NCBI GenBank assembly: GCA_964016885.1
Contig: OZ024742.1
Span: 357,120,001-357,184,000 of the forward strand
DNA length: 64,000 nucleotides
Direction of reading: 5' to 3'
Source: Eledone cirrhosa
Lineage: Eukaryota
The translations under genes and the position numbers were made by a program. Of this stretch, positions 62,731 to 64,000 are shown in pieces. Each line of letters opens with the position of its first letter. The first letter of the stretch is position 1. Under the pieces are notes generated by a model that was given only the letters and a program-made list of their open reading frames with translations, did no database searches and had not been told where the DNA came from.

Positions 62731-63761
62731 TGTATTATATATTTATATGTGTGTGCATGTATATGTGTACGAGTGTGTATGCAAAAGGCAAACGGAATTA
62801 ACAAAGCAAACACCACAGTACAATATATATATAACTAGTTACACACAGATACACACACACACAGACACTCATACAGATATCCTATTTTATAAAAGGTTAT
62901 TACAATGCACTTGCTATCTGGTTCCTTCAAAGAGACATGATAAAGGAAAAACACTCAATAGCCTTGTGTCTCAACTTCAAAATTCATGAAATATTTGAAA
63001 TACGTGTTATTATGAAGAATTTCATTAGAAAATATAGCTTTTAAAGAATATCAGTGTTGCCATTCTTACTCCCGCTTTTACTTCTGTTCCCTTTATATCA
63101 TCAACTACACAGTCACATATGTAGAAATGGAGGAAAATAACACTCTATATGATTACGAGTACAATTGTTGCTTGCATTGAGTGTTCATTTTTATATCATC
63201 ATCATGGAAGCAGCAGTCATAGTCTTCACACATTCTTCCAATGTATTCTGTTTGATGTTGTCCCTGTCATCTTTATTTCCCCTTCAGCCAATCTCCCGCA
63301 GTTGTTCTTTCCTTGTACTGTCTTCCTTTCTTTTTTTTCTTTCTCTGGCAAGAAGTTAAACCTGACATTTCGGAAAACATTCTTCTGCAGAAAATTTACT
63401 GAAGACTTGAAAGGAATGGAAAGATACAAAAACAAGGAGCAAAAATAGATTGAGGCAGATTGCCTTGTATGTAGAGAATAGTAGATGGCTGCAGGTTCTG
63501 CTTTTGTCCAATATATAACAGACGATTCCACAGATATTCTGCAGCAATTCAATCAATTTCAACATAACTATCATATTTATTCTTAGATTCTTGTATTATA
63601 AAAATGGATTATCAGCCAATATTGTGGTGAAATCTTACCTCAAATACATCATAATCATTGTGATCTCCAGCAAACAGCTGACGATAAAAGGGATGTCTCT
63701 CTTCTTTTACACTCTGTCCATACTCTACATGCTCAGATTTATAATTATTATTATTATTAAA

Positions 63762-63948
63762 GGGCAGTGGATTGGCAGTATCGGTACAGAGTCGGATGCC
63801 ATGCTTTTTAGCATAGAGTTACGGCTCTTTACAGTTTGAGTTCAAATTCCGCCGAGGTTAACTTTGCCTTTATCCATACAGGGTTGATAAAATAAAGCAG
63901 CGGTAATGCACTCGGATAATTGCTGGACTTGTGCCCAAAGTAGAAACA

Positions 63949-64000
<52 letters not shown>
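63762..64000 (+). mobile_element. Family-A tRNA SINE with (ATT)n tail
   Basis: gggcagtggattggcagtatcgg..GAGTTCAAATTCC..gtagaaacaattattatt. Confidence 0.88.

Noticed and set aside
63639-63740. Possible minus-strand exon (..HPFYRQLFAGDHNDYDVFE|GTAAGA)
   Set aside because: The donor-like site is good, but there is no polypyrimidine acceptor and no recognisable homology. It needs RNA-seq.

Overview
AT-rich, microsatellite-rich animal DNA, intergenic or deep intronic. The SINE/LINE repertoire looks cephalopod (octopus-like), which is inferred from the repeats only. I recognise no host protein-coding exon, rRNA, true tRNA or CRISPR array. The window is a mosaic of transposable elements: a 5'-truncated RTE LINE with an intact RT frame (9156-11624) plus many RTE 3' fragments; CR1 and CRE remnants; a near full-length DD37D (maT) Tc1/mariner with two relatives; TTAA-flanked piggyBac-type MITEs; tRNA-derived SINEs; and two decayed Penelope-like elements (PLEs). 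The most notable unannotated signal is about a dozen type-I hammerhead ribozyme (HHR) motifs. Two lie in the PLE 3' ends. The rest lie in short, mutually unrelated non-coding units next to (TA)n tracts, many arranged as inverted, palindromic or terminally redundant repeats, resembling retrozymes or non-autonomous PLEs. Some have non-canonical cores, including the compensatory U3-A8 pair. Also noted: a candidate HDV-like ribozyme heading a non-autonomous RTE, and a 30-bp minisatellite apparently born from a LINE coding segment. All ribozyme folds and alignments were done by eye, and the boundaries of decayed repeats are approximate.
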